From the NCBI GenBank assembly GCA_017654855.1, contig CM030334.1, positions 3,596,001 through 3,660,000 of the forward strand: a stretch of 64,000 bases of DNA, given 5' to 3'. The position numbers and the translations under genes are program-made. The notes below the pieces were generated by a model that worked only from the letters and a program-made list of their open reading frames with translations, was not told the origin of the DNA and made no database searches. How positions within the stretch are numbered: position 1 is the stretch's first letter; each line of letters begins with the position of its first letter. This DNA is from Podospora anserina. Lineage: Eukaryota. Positions 62,946 through 64,000 of this stretch are shown here, piece by piece.

Positions 62946-64000
62946 ATGGCTGCAACAACCACCGTGACGGTACCCCATATGGGCGGTATCAAAGTCGGGT
63001 ATCGGCTTTCGTCTCCGTCAGGCTCCATCGACAAGACCAAGCCCACGGTCGTCCTCATCAACTCGATGTGCACGACTGTTTCGCTGTTTGATGACCAGTT
63101 CTCCAATGAAGAGCTGACTTCGGCCGTGAACCTTTTGGCTATTGAGCCTCTGGGTCATGGCTCGACTTTTGCTCTCAAGAGGGAAAACTTCACCTACTGG
63201 GACACCGCGGAGATGGCGCTTCAGGTTATGGACGCGTTGGGAGTTGAGAAGGCTTTTGCTTTGGGAACCAGCCAGGGCGGATGGTATGTTTGTTGTTTTA
63301 TGCTGAGAAGAGAAGGGGCTAACAACAGTCTGCAGGATGGTTGTACGCATGGCTTTGCTTGCTCCTGAGCGGGTAAGTTGATGTCTCAATGTCTCCACCA
63401 GAGAGTGTTACTAACATGAGTAAGATTCTTGGCCTACTTCCTCTCGGTACATCAATGGACTCGGAGTCTGCCTACTCGCGTACTCAAGGGAGCTGGGACC
63501 CAGCTGCTGTTCTCACTCCTTTCTTGGAAAAGTGGTCGGTTTCCGAGTCAACCCCTGACTTTGTTGTTGACCAGCAATGGAGGGGCATGGTCACTGGCCT
63601 GGGATTCGGTGCTGCCCCAAAGCCAGAGCTGTTGGCTTTCTGGGATGAGACGCTGAAGCAGGTCTATGTTGGAGATGAGGGCAGAAAGAAGGTCAGGATG
63701 GCCCTGACCAATTTGCTGGAGCGTGACGGTCTCTTGTTGAGATTGCGACACATCAGGTGCCCTGTTTACTGGTTGCAGGTGAGTTTGCTCTATTGTGATT
63801 GCTTTTTCGAGACGGGATGAAATCTGACACAAGAACAGGGAGAGCAAGATCCAGTTTTTGGAGTAAAATTGCCGGCTGAGCACATTAAGTTGTTCACCAG
63901 CTCCCCCGAGGCTACCTTGACGCTTGTTCCAGGTGGAGGACACTTCTTGAATGCCACCAGTCCTCGTGAGGTTCAAGAGGCGCTCTTGAGAATGGTGAGC
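62946..64000 (+). CDS. Alpha/beta-hydrolase fold protein, 3' end outside the window
   Basis: IEPLGHG, nucleophile elbow GTSQGG, GEQDP, GGGHFL, and at least 3 introns. Confidence 0.88.

Overview
Intron-rich filamentous-ascomycete DNA. Sordariales, possibly Podospora-like, is an inference from intron style and gene content. From 1 to 41.4 kb the window is ordinary core genome: GPI cupredoxin, cytochrome-b5 steroid-binding protein, tRNA-Gly(CCC), BTB protein, alpha-tubulin, Ede1, Dph3, cytosolic LeuRS, AP-3 sigma, frataxin, aspartic protease and a bromodomain protein. From about 41.9 to 57 kb it looks accessory and decaying. That stretch holds an HSP70-like pseudogene with a 135-nt poly(T) intron, a RING pseudogene, an F-box/LRR pseudogene and a tandem pair of diverged two-finger C2H2 paralogues beside tRNA-Ala(CGC), interleaved with an intact histidine phosphatase and an ATL DNA-repair gene. 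The right end holds a prolyl 4-hydroxylase, a signal-peptide-bearing SET protein, a GH11 xylanase and a partial alpha/beta hydrolase. I recognised no transposase, integrase, rRNA or CRISPR, and I cannot claim a proven new system. The best leads are the C2H2 pair with its decaying island and the secretory SET protein next to the P4H gene. Exon boundaries were read by eye.
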